In this document: piece after piece, positions 9,472 through 18,010 of the stretch
Layout: every line of letters begins with the position of its first letter
Numbering within the stretch: position 1 is the first letter of the stretch
Origin: Methylococcaceae bacterium
GTDB taxonomy: Bacteria > Pseudomonadota > Gammaproteobacteria > Methylococcales > Methylomonadaceae
Assembly: GCA_030618325.1 (NCBI GenBank)
Contig: JAUXDP010000001.1
Coordinates: 1-37,938, forward strand
DNA length: 37,938 nt
Direction: 5' to 3'
Notes under the pieces: model-generated
Told to the model about the DNA's origin: nothing
The model's database searches: none
The model's input: the letters and a program-made list of their open reading frames with translations, nothing else
Position numbers and translations under genes: made by a program

Positions 9472-10796
9472 GAAATTTACTGATTTTCTTAAGTGTATTT
9501 TTGCTTAGCCTAAGTGTACCCGCCAAACATCTCGATCTAGATCAACTTCTAAGAGAAGTTAAACAGTCTCAAGGCGTACAAGGCAAAATCAACAAAACCA
9601 GAGAGGCGCGTTTTATCGCAGAAAAAAATCAGCAGCAAAAATTATTGGCGGTAGCGAAAGCAGAATTACAAACACAAGAGCGCTTGAGTGAACAGTTAAA
9701 ATCCAAGTTGGATAGCAATGAAGAGGACCTTGGACAGTTAGAAACAGAATTAAAAAATCGCAGTGGAGTATTAGGCGAACTGTTTGGCGTCGCAAGGCAA
9801 GCTGCGGGAGACTTAAAAGCAGATTTCGAAAACTCAATTATTTCACAACAGTTTCCTAATCGAACTAAACAACTTGATGAGTTGGTTAACAATAAAGCTC
9901 TACCCACTATAGACCAGTTAGAGTCTTTATGGTTTACCTTACAACAGGAGATGACCGAAACCGGAAAAGTAGTTCATTATCAAACAGAAATTTTGACTGC
10001 TTCTGGAGAGCCTAGAGCAGCAAAAGTGGTCCGTATTGGCGGTTTTAATGCTTTAGCCGAGGGCAAGTATCTTCGTTACTTGCCAGAAACTGGAAAGCTG
10101 GCTGAACTGGCTAGGCAGCCCGGAAGTAAGTATACATCTTTGGCGGCTGACTTTATGGAAAGCACTTCAGGGCAAGCCGATGTTGCCCTTGATCCGACCC
10201 GTGGCGTCATGTTGAGTTTATTAATCCAAACTCCCGATGCATTTGAGCGCATTAAGCAAGGCGGTATCATTGGCTATATCATTCTGGCACTGGGTGTAGC
10301 AGGCTTTGTTTATGCCATTTGGCGACTGATCGCCTTAACATCGATCGGAACCAAAATGTCACAACAAATGGAAAATACTGAGCCAGATAAAACTAACCCA
10401 CTGGGAAGAGTGATTGCTGCAGCACAACAACATGGCGCACAAGATACTGAAACGTATGAGTTGTTACTGGACGAAGCGATCACCAAGGAAATCCCGAGGC
10501 TGGAAAAAGGTCAGTCCATGATTAAATTGCTGGCCGCTGTAGCACCCTTATTGGGGCTGCTGGGTACCGTTACCGGGATGATTGCGACATTTCAATCCAT
10601 CAGCCTATTTGGTACTGGCGACCCCAAACTCATGGCCAGCGGTATTTCCCAGGCACTGGTCACCACCATGCTGGGACTAGTGGTTGCGATCCCTTTGTTG
10701 TTTTTACACAGCCTGGTTGCTTCTCGCAGCCGCACGTTGGTACAAATCCTGGATGAGCAGTCTGCAGGATTACTCAGCAAACGTTTGGGGAAATAA
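9468..10796 (+). CDS. Long MotA/TolQ/ExbB-family proton-channel protein (TtpC-like)
   Basis: 442 aa: signal peptide, a large periplasmic coiled-coil domain, then a C-terminal three-helix ExbB-like module (LLGLLGTVTGMI, MASGISQALVTTMLGL). Confidence 0.8.
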   Translation: MRNLLIFLSVFLLSLSVPAKHLDLDQLLREVKQSQGVQGKINKTREARFIAEKNQQQKLLAVAKAELQTQERLSEQLKSKLDSNEEDLGQLETELKNRSGVLGELFGVARQAAGDLKADFENSIISQQFPNRTKQLDELVNNKALPTIDQLESLWFTLQQEMTETGKVVHYQTEILTASGEPRAAKVVRIGGFNALAEGKYLRYLPETGKLAELARQPGSKYTSLAADFMESTSGQADVALDPTRGVMLSLLIQTPDAFERIKQGGIIGYIILALGVAGFVYAIWRLIALTSIGTKMSQQMENTEPDKTNPLGRVIAAAQQHGAQDTETYELLLDEAITKEIPRLEKGQSMIKLLAAVAPLLGLLGTVTGMIATFQSISLFGTGDPKLMASGISQALVTTMLGLVVAIPLLFLHSLVASRSRTLVQILDEQSAGLLSKRLGK

Positions 10797-11320
10797 TGTC
10801 ATTCCTGTTTGATTTTTTTGATGGCTTGCGGACTTTTTTAAATGCCGGAGGCAATGTATTGTGGGTTATATTAATTCTATCCCTTTGCTTATGGTGTTTA
10901 ATTATCGAACGCCTATTATTTTTCAAACTCAATTATTCTGAGCAAAAAAATGCCTGGCTTGCGCAATGGAATGAGCGACATGACAAATCTTCTCAACATG
11001 CTTTGAATATTAGAAAGGCTATTATTTCCGAAGCAAAAATCACCATGAATCGATTTGTACCCAGCATCAAAATGTTAATTGGCCTTTGCCCCCTATTTGG
11101 CTTATTGGGTACAGTGACGGGGATGATTCACGTCTTTGATGTTATGGCCGTCACTGGCACAGGCAATGCCAGAGCAATGGCTTCCGGAATTTCTCAGGCC
11201 ACTATTCCAACGATGGCTGGTATGGTCATCGCCATTGCCGGGCTGTATTTTAATAAACTGATCGAAGAACGTGTCAGTGATGAAACCCATTTACTTACCG
11301 ATTTACTAAAATACCATTAA
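10796..11320 (+). CDS. exbB: ExbB/TolQ-family proton channel subunit
   Basis: 174 aa with ExbB signature helices (LFGLLGTVTGMIHVF, MASGISQATIPTMAGM). There is a 1-nt overlap with the upstream stop. Confidence 0.85.
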   Translation: MSFLFDFFDGLRTFLNAGGNVLWVILILSLCLWCLIIERLLFFKLNYSEQKNAWLAQWNERHDKSSQHALNIRKAIISEAKITMNRFVPSIKMLIGLCPLFGLLGTVTGMIHVFDVMAVTGTGNARAMASGISQATIPTMAGMVIAIAGLYFNKLIEERVSDETHLLTDLLKYH

Positions 11321-11322
11321 AT

Positions 11323-11736
11323 ATGCGCCGCAGAGCCAGCCGTTCAGCTTCCGAACAATCTTCTGATATCGACATGACGCCGATGCTAGACATCGTGTTT
11401 ATCATGTTGATTTTCTTTATCGTTACGACCTCTTTTGTTAAAGAATCAGGTATCGATGTCAACCGTCCCACCGCACAAACCGCGGAAAGGAAAGAACAGG
11501 GCCATATTATTGTTTCGATAAAGCCCAATGGTGAAATCTGGATCGATAAAAGACAAGTCGATATTCGAGCGGTACGAGCCAATGTAGCTCGATTACATGC
11601 AGAAAACCCACTAGGTTCGGTTATTATTGCTTCTGATAAGGACACTAAAGTTCATGTTTTGGTGCAGGTGATGGATCAGATTCGTTTGGCTGGTATCTCT
11701 AACGCATCCATAGCAACAGAGTCTGAATCTCAGTGA
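11323..11736 (+). CDS. exbD: ExbD/TolR-family biopolymer transport protein
   Basis: 137 aa. N-terminal IDMTPMLDIVFIMLIFFIV anchor and a periplasmic domain typical of ExbD. Confidence 0.85.
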   Translation: MRRRASRSASEQSSDIDMTPMLDIVFIMLIFFIVTTSFVKESGIDVNRPTAQTAERKEQGHIIVSIKPNGEIWIDKRQVDIRAVRANVARLHAENPLGSVIIASDKDTKVHVLVQVMDQIRLAGISNASIATESESQ

Positions 11737-12362
11737 ACCGGTTATTTCCTGCACTTTCTTTGAGCCTTCTGGTTTCGCTTGGGTTGTTTTGGTTAATGCA
11801 GTTTATGATCATGAACAATCAACAAGGCTTCAAGAAAACCGATAACTTGAAGATGGTTGAGTTTGTGCGACTAAAGCGAGAAACACTACTGCAAACTAAA
11901 GACCGTAAGATTCCAGACAAACCGCCGCCAAAAAAACAGCCTCCCCCACCCACCATGCAAGTGACACAAACCAGTGTCTCGCAACACAAAATTCCAGATA
12001 TGGCGATGCCCAATTTAGACCTGCCATTACAAACAAGCCGATTTAGTGGCCCAGTAGTGGGGGGGCTGCAAATGGGAAAAGGGAAAATCAGTACCAATCT
12101 AATCCCTTTGGTTCGTATTAAACCACGTTATCCAATGCGTGCTCTTTCCAGGGGCATTGAAGGTTGGGTAAGAGTTGAATTTACGATTACCGAAACTGGC
12201 ACGGTAAAAAATGCCAAAGTCGTTGAATCGCAACCTGATTCCGTATTTGATCGTGCTGCATTAAAAGCCGTTGCTCGCTATAAATTCAAACCTAAAATTA
12301 TTGATGGCAAGGCTGTTGAGCACCGTGCTGTACTACCCATTCAGTTCAAATTATCCAAATGA
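11733..12362 (+). CDS. tonB: Energy transducer TonB
   Basis: GTG start overlapping the exbD stop (GTGA). TM anchor, Pro-rich spacer (PDKPPPKKQPPPPT), and a C-terminal TonB domain (PRYPMRALSRGIEGWVRVEFTI...KFKP). Confidence 0.85.
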   Translation: MNRLFPALSLSLLVSLGLFWLMQFMIMNNQQGFKKTDNLKMVEFVRLKRETLLQTKDRKIPDKPPPKKQPPPPTMQVTQTSVSQHKIPDMAMPNLDLPLQTSRFSGPVVGGLQMGKGKISTNLIPLVRIKPRYPMRALSRGIEGWVRVEFTITETGTVKNAKVVESQPDSVFDRAALKAVARYKFKPKIIDGKAVEHRAVLPIQFKLSK

Positions 12363-13621
12363 TGCAAATATACTTCGCACGGTCAAAGATGCTGTCTTCG
12401 CCATTTTCTATCTGTTGGTTTTTCCTTTGTTTCGTACTAATACTACAGCCTGTCATCGGTTATGCTAAAGAAGGAGACAAATCCACAACCGTTTCACCTT
12501 CTTTATACAAAAAATTATCCAAAGTTGAAAAACTGATAGAAAAAAAAGCGTATTCACAAGCTCAACAAATCATCAGCAAAGCCTTGAATAGCGCCAAAAA
12601 AGGCAGCTATGAAGAAGCTGTCACTCTACGTACTTCAGCGTCCATCTATGCCTTGCAGGAGAAATACTCTAAGGCTGCCAGCGCCTTATCAAAGTGCCTT
12701 GCCCTTAAAACCTTACCCGAAAAGCAAGAGCAACAAGCTTTGCTTAATCTGGGTCAAATATATATGGCTATGGCGCAATACAATAAAGCAGTTAAAGTAT
12801 TGCAGCCCTGGCTGCAATCCAATCCCAGACCTGATGCAGAAATTTCTATTCTCTTGGCAAATGCTTATGCCCAATTAAAACAATACCGAAAAGCATTGCC
12901 CCATGTAGAGCAAGCCATTAAAACCACAAAAAAACCTGCCGAGTCCTGGTATCAACTCAATCTGGCATTATACGTTGAGCTGGAAAATTATTCGGCAGCG
13001 GCGAGAATTTTGCAAAACCTGGTTGCGCGCTATCCAGAAAAAAAACAATATTGGTCACAATTGGCTTCCGTTTTCCAACAATTGAAGAATTATAAAAAGG
13101 CTGTCTCAATCCGTAGCCTGGCTTATAAAAAAGGCCTTTCTACCACTGAAAAAGAAATCCTTGAATTAGTAAATCTTTATTTTACTATTGATTTACCCTA
13201 CAAAGCCGCACAGCTTTTAAAAACTGAACTAAACAGTGGACGAGTAAAAAACAATTCAAAAAACTGGGAAATGCTTGCTAATGCCTGGACTCAGGCCAAG
13301 GAATTTGATCATGCAACCCAAGCCTTGGGAAAAGCTTCAAAGTTAAACCCTAAAGGTAGGCTTTATCAACAGCTTGGCAGAATTTATGTGGAACAAGAAA
13401 AATGGGGCTTAGCTGTTAAAGCTCTAAACAAGGGGTTGCTAAAAGGTAACTTAAAGCAACCCGGTAATGCTTATTTATTATTGGGTATGAGCCAATACGA
13501 ACAAAAAAATATAAAGCCTGCCAGACAAGCATTTACTAATGCCAGAAAATATAAAAGAACACGAAAAGCTGCCGGACAATGGTTAGCTTATATAGCCTCT
13601 GATAAACCGGCAGATCAATAA
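12359..13621 (+). CDS. TPR-repeat protein (TtpD-like), last gene of the TonB2-type cluster
   Basis: 420 aa with a signal-like N-terminus and repeated TPR-type A/Y/L patterns throughout. Its start overlaps the tonB stop. Confidence 0.7.
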   Translation: MMQIYFARSKMLSSPFSICWFFLCFVLILQPVIGYAKEGDKSTTVSPSLYKKLSKVEKLIEKKAYSQAQQIISKALNSAKKGSYEEAVTLRTSASIYALQEKYSKAASALSKCLALKTLPEKQEQQALLNLGQIYMAMAQYNKAVKVLQPWLQSNPRPDAEISILLANAYAQLKQYRKALPHVEQAIKTTKKPAESWYQLNLALYVELENYSAAARILQNLVARYPEKKQYWSQLASVFQQLKNYKKAVSIRSLAYKKGLSTTEKEILELVNLYFTIDLPYKAAQLLKTELNSGRVKNNSKNWEMLANAWTQAKEFDHATQALGKASKLNPKGRLYQQLGRIYVEQEKWGLAVKALNKGLLKGNLKQPGNAYLLLGMSQYEQKNIKPARQAFTNARKYKRTRKAAGQWLAYIASDKPADQ

Positions 13622-14130
13622 GTTTCCACTGGGAGCATCGGCTCTTCATAGAGGCGCTTCATTTTCCAGCCAGCAAACAAGTCTTCCTGAAATGACAAAT
13701 CGTTGTCTATTGCATATTCATAGCAACTTCTAAATATTTTTGCAGTTCGAAATGCGTGTAACTCATCATCCGCAGTAATTGTTTCTACATTTCCCACCTG
13801 GAAAGTTTTGTTTTTTGATTTACCCTTATCGACCCAAAAGACGGTATAACATAAATAACTTTTATCTTTACGATGATCATGTTTTACCGTCCTTGAAACG
13901 CCGGTAACGCCCGTTGTGGTTTTGTTTTTAGGTGGTTTTAAAAACCTAGTTCTGCTGCCTTTTAAAGCGACCAACATTTGATCGCGCCAAGTAATTGCGG
14001 CGTTCAGAGATTTCCCTCTGTTACCCCATAACTTATGCGAGAAATATCGACTATTTTCTTTTCCTCGCCTTACAATACGAACCTGATAACCGAAAACATC
14101 CGGCTCAGTAATATGTTTATGTTTTGCCAT
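13615..14130 (-). CDS. Hypothetical protein with two AP2/ERF-like (integrase arm-type) DNA-binding modules
   Basis: 171 aa. Two segments resemble bacterial AP2 domains: FGYQVRIVRRGKENSRYFSHKLWGNRGKSLNAAITWRD, and TGVTGVSRT...YTVFWVDKGKSKNKTFQV...DELHAFRTAKIFR. The 3' end overlaps the TPR gene tail-to-tail by 7 bp. Confidence that it is a gene is higher than confidence in the function. Confidence 0.5.
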   Translation of the reverse strand: MAKHKHITEPDVFGYQVRIVRRGKENSRYFSHKLWGNRGKSLNAAITWRDQMLVALKGSRTRFLKPPKNKTTTGVTGVSRTVKHDHRKDKSYLCYTVFWVDKGKSKNKTFQVGNVETITADDELHAFRTAKIFRSCYEYAIDNDLSFQEDLFAGWKMKRLYEEPMLPVETY

Positions 14131-14432
14131 TTCTTAATAGTTCCCCGATCTAATCTATAATCTAGCTAGGACTTGAAGCACAACGCTTTACTGGGCTTTA
14201 CTGAAATACCCAGCGAAACAGACAGATGCTCAATAGTGTGGTTCCTTATTGATTATTATTATGTAAGTTTTTAACTACAAATTAACATTAAAGTTCTGGT
14301 GAAATCAAGATAAAGTTTTGTCCACTTCTCTATTTCTCAGTGATTTAGTGTAGAATAGTTTCAGCCACTTTCTGTGGACCAATTCAAAAAACAAAAGTTC
14401 TTTTTTCCGTAAAAATTCTAAGGAGATAAATA

Positions 14433-15038
14433 ATGAGTGTATTAGTTGGCAAACCAGCCCCCGATTTTTCTGTTCCAGCGGTGTTAGGCGATGGCCAGAT
14501 CGTTGATGAATTTAATTTTTCTGCTGCAACTAAAGGTAAATATGCAGTTATCTTTTTCTATCCACTAGATTTTACTTTTGTTTGTCCAAGTGAACTGATT
14601 GCGATGGACCACCGCATGGATGACTTTACCAGCCGTGGTGTGGAAGTGATCGCAGTATCTATTGATTCACATTTTACCCATAATGCCTGGCGCAATACAC
14701 CGATCAACGAAGGCGGAATCGGGCCGGTTCGATATACGATGGCGGCTGATATGGCTCATTCGATCTGCAAAGATTATGATGTCGAAGCAGATGCGCCCGC
14801 AGTAGCATATCGTGGCAGTTTTTTAATCGACAAAAATGGTGTTGTGCGTCACCAAGTTGTCAATGACTTACCTCTTGGCCGTAACATGGATGAAATGATA
14901 CGTATGGTTGATGCTTTACAGTTCCATGAAGAACATGGTGAAGTATGCCCTGCCGGTTGGAACAAAGGTGATTCTGGCATGAATGCAAGTCCGGATGGTG
15001 TTGCAGATTATCTAGGTAAAAACGCGGATAATTTATAA
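14433..15038 (+). CDS. Typical 2-Cys peroxiredoxin (AhpC/Prx1 subfamily)
   Basis: 201 aa. Peroxidatic Cys in FFYPLDFTFVCPSE and resolving Cys in EVCPAGW. AGGAGA lies 6 nt upstream of the ATG. No ahpF is adjacent. Confidence 0.9.
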   Translation: MSVLVGKPAPDFSVPAVLGDGQIVDEFNFSAATKGKYAVIFFYPLDFTFVCPSELIAMDHRMDDFTSRGVEVIAVSIDSHFTHNAWRNTPINEGGIGPVRYTMAADMAHSICKDYDVEADAPAVAYRGSFLIDKNGVVRHQVVNDLPLGRNMDEMIRMVDALQFHEEHGEVCPAGWNKGDSGMNASPDGVADYLGKNADNL

Positions 15039-15074
15039 CCCGTACAAAAACAAGGCGCACTATGGCTCTTTTAT

Positions 15075-15237
15075 CCTAGAAAAATTAGTTGGGCGCGGAA
15101 TTATAGTGCGAGCTATTGGTTTCACAGTGCTTTGAAAAAATCTGAGCTTCATCCATTCGGTTAAGCGGGTATTTTTTTGGAGTGCTGTGGAATCAATAGC
15201 TTGTGCTAGAATCCGTGATCCAACTGATTATTCTAGG
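15075..15237. mobile_element. Palindromic MITE/REP-like element, full-length copy A (163 bp)
   Basis: Imperfect terminal inverted repeats: cctagaaaaattagttgg ... ccaactgattattctagg. Hand alignment to copy C at 19368-19530 gives 13 substitutions and no indels (about 92% identity). Confidence 0.8.
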
Positions 15238-15308
15238 TTTAATAGTGCGCCATTTATATTCTCATGCACTTGAATGCTAACACTCAAATACGTGAAGAAT
15301 AAAGAGAC

Positions 15309-15599
15309 TTAATCGCTCATTTCTTTAGCCTTACCCAAGAGAAATTTGTGCCGAATAAATATGGTAATAACACAGGCAATGATTGCCGGTATCTGACGAA
15401 TTGCCAGCAATAGGCCCACTGAGTTGTGCGCAAATGCATTCAGCAATGGATTAGCAATAATTATTGTTGCCAACCCCCATGCTATCCAGTAGCCAATCAA
15501 GCCTATCACTGCCCATTGAATGGCCGGTAGCTCAAGTTTTTTTGCCGTAGTATAAAACCACCATAAAAAGAAAAAACCCACAATTTTTGCTAGTAACAT
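15309..15599 (-). CDS. Small hypothetical membrane protein (3 predicted TM helices)
   Basis: 96 aa, with a strong SD (AGGAGAG) 4 nt upstream of the ATG. Three hydrophobic stretches. No family recognised. Confidence 0.6.
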   Translation of the reverse strand: MLLAKIVGFFFLWWFYTTAKKLELPAIQWAVIGLIGYWIAWGLATIIIANPLLNAFAHNSVGLLLAIRQIPAIIACVITIFIRHKFLLGKAKEMSD

Positions 15600-15616
15600 T
15601 TGTCTCTCCTCAATTT

Positions 15617-15692
15617 CCTAGAAAAATCAGTTGAATGCGGAATTATAGCGCAAGAGCTTGTGCTAGAAACCGTGGGCAACTGATTTTTCTAG
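15617..15692. mobile_element. Palindromic MITE/REP-like element, short copy B (76 bp; both ends kept, core deleted)
   Basis: cctagaaaaatcagttgaatgcggaattatagcgcaag|agcttgtgctagaaaccgtgggcaactgatttttctagg. This equals the left ~38 bp plus the right ~38 bp of the 163-bp copies. Confidence 0.75.
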
Positions 15693-15799
15693 GATTTATT
15701 ATAATTATTGCTTTCGTGGCTCATCCAGATAGAATTGACACCGCAATGATTAATGCTACGAAGCCACAGCTAAATATTACTACATCCTAAGAAATTGAA

Positions 15800-18007
15800 A
15801 TGGTCAAATTACTGAGAATCACCCTTCTGATTGCTTCAATTATCTTGATGATAATTATCGGCGCTGTGATTCTTCTGCCTTTAATTATCGACCCGAATGA
15901 TTATAGGCCAGAAATCGAAGCCGCCGCATATAGATACACGGAAAAAAAACTGGTTTTAGAAGGCAGTTTAGAACTTACAGTTTTTCCTTGGCTTGGCGTT
16001 ACTACGGGAAAGGTTCTTATTCTAAATCCTTCGACCCCAGACCAACAAGCGCTGGCGACGATTGATGAAGGTCAGCTAAAGGTTAAACTGTTGCCTTTAT
16101 TACGCCAAAAAATAGAACTGAGTCGAATCGTTCTAAAAAAACCCATAATACATCTGATAACAGATAAAGAGGGAAATAACAATTGGAGCAAAAAGGCTCC
16201 AGCCAAGATCGCTACAGCAGAAAAACAATTACCAGATACTGGCATCCCCAAAAATTCAGAAATAATAACTGACGATACGCAGGAACCTGTATCGAAATCA
16301 TCGTTTCTAAAAGAAATGATAATTGCAGGAGTTAGTATAGAAAATGGCAGAATAATCAGGATAAACAAACAAAAAAACCGACAAACTGAAGTTACTCATC
16401 TTAACTGTGAGATAGGGACATTAGCATACAATCAACCTGTTCCAGTAAATTTATCAATGGAGCTCCAGCGAAAGCCTAGCCAATCAGAACAACTAACAGT
16501 CAAAGGGCAGGTGGTTTTCAACAAAAATTTAGATCATTTTAAATTAAATGATGTTGAGATTAATGCCCTTGTTGAAAAACCATCGGTTGATAACAATATT
16601 GTCGTCACGGCACGGAGCCCAAATATCGAATTGGATTGGCAAAAGCAGGATCTTAAAGTTGAAAAGTTGAATGTAACATCTGGCAACATGATCTTATCCG
16701 CCAACTTGGTTGGCAACAAAATCAAAGATAACCCTGAAATAAAAGGTGTCGTCACCCTCAACGTATTCAACCCGCGTGAGTTTCTAACTTACCTTGGAAA
16801 ACCGGTTCCTGCGACGAAGGATAATTCCTCATTAACGCGACTATCAGGCTCATTTAATTTACTTGCCAGTAAAAACTCAGCACAATTTAACGACTTTCAA
16901 GCGCAATTAGATGACTCAAATATCGCTGGAAACTTCCATGTTACCGACTTTAAGCAGCCAGCATTTAAATTTAATTTAAACATTGACACACTCAATCTTG
17001 ATCGTTATTCATTAATCAAACCCACCCCCCCAAAAGATATTCAGGCTCCCGCCCAGGAGCAAACTAAAGCCCCAGAAAAATCAGCTACTGAATCAGGAGC
17101 CAAGACACCTGAAGATCCTCATCCCAAACCAGATCCTCAAACGAATAAACAGAAAAAATCAGACACCAATATTTTCCCTATCGATCTTTTGCGAAAAATA
17201 AATGCCACCGGGATTCTTTCAATATCTAAAATGACTACCAAAGGGCTGAGTCTGCAAGATTTGACAATTAACTTCGACGCTAAAAATGGTGTTTTGAAAA
17301 CCAACCACAAGATTAACAAATTGTATCAGGGACACTATTCAGGAAATTTACACCTCGACATCAACAAGCAACCCCCGGCGATTGCTCTAAACGAAAGATT
17401 TGCCAGAATTCAAGCGTCACCGCTGTTAAAAGCACTATACGGAAAAGCCCGCCTAAGCGGTACTTTAAATGGCAACACTAGCCTGTCAAGTCGTGGAAAC
17501 ACTACTCACGAGCTAAAAGCCAAGCTGAAAGGTAAAGTCCATGTCTCCTTAAAAAAAGGGGTGCTTTATGGCTTTAATCTTGAGGAAATGGTCAGAAAAA
17601 GTAAAGCCCTTCTGAAAAAAAAAGAGTATTCGCCGAAACAGAAACATACCGATTATTCTATCATCACAGCTAGCGCTACCATCAAAAACGGTTTGTTAAA
17701 AAACGAAGATCTCTATGCAGAATCGGAACGCCTTCGCGTTTCCGGAAAAGGTACGATTAACCTAGTCAACAAACAACTGGATTATGATGTACTTGCCAAA
17801 CTGATGGAGCGCAAACAATCAGAAGATGAGACTGACCAAGTTAAACGATCTCTTGGAATTAATATTGCCGGCTCCACTGAACAGCCTGCTTTTACGCTTG
17901 ACCTCAAATCACTAATATCTGAAAAAGAAAAACAAAAATTGTATGACAAAGCAGAGAAAAAACTAGGTAAAGGAGTCAGTAACCTCTTAAAACAATTACT
18001 AAATTAA
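15800..18007 (+). CDS. AsmA-family outer-membrane biogenesis protein
   Basis: 735 aa. N-terminal TM anchor, a long beta-rich repetitive body, a Pro/Lys/Gln-rich linker, and a C-terminal AsmA_2-like region (GTLNGN...GKG...NL pattern). Confidence 0.75.
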   Translation: MVKLLRITLLIASIILMIIIGAVILLPLIIDPNDYRPEIEAAAYRYTEKKLVLEGSLELTVFPWLGVTTGKVLILNPSTPDQQALATIDEGQLKVKLLPLLRQKIELSRIVLKKPIIHLITDKEGNNNWSKKAPAKIATAEKQLPDTGIPKNSEIITDDTQEPVSKSSFLKEMIIAGVSIENGRIIRINKQKNRQTEVTHLNCEIGTLAYNQPVPVNLSMELQRKPSQSEQLTVKGQVVFNKNLDHFKLNDVEINALVEKPSVDNNIVVTARSPNIELDWQKQDLKVEKLNVTSGNMILSANLVGNKIKDNPEIKGVVTLNVFNPREFLTYLGKPVPATKDNSSLTRLSGSFNLLASKNSAQFNDFQAQLDDSNIAGNFHVTDFKQPAFKFNLNIDTLNLDRYSLIKPTPPKDIQAPAQEQTKAPEKSATESGAKTPEDPHPKPDPQTNKQKKSDTNIFPIDLLRKINATGILSISKMTTKGLSLQDLTINFDAKNGVLKTNHKINKLYQGHYSGNLHLDINKQPPAIALNERFARIQASPLLKALYGKARLSGTLNGNTSLSSRGNTTHELKAKLKGKVHVSLKKGVLYGFNLEEMVRKSKALLKKKEYSPKQKHTDYSIITASATIKNGLLKNEDLYAESERLRVSGKGTINLVNKQLDYDVLAKLMERKQSEDETDQVKRSLGINIAGSTEQPAFTLDLKSLISEKEKQKLYDKAEKKLGKGVSNLLKQLLN

Positions 18008-18010
18008 CTG

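Noticed and set aside
14151-14164. Tandem heptamer taatcta-taatcta in the AP2-gene / peroxiredoxin intergenic region, plus ctttactgggctttactg nearby.
   Set aside because: These are short, AT-rich and occur once. I could not match them to OxyR or any other known operator architecture, so they are not distinguishable from low-complexity promoter DNA.
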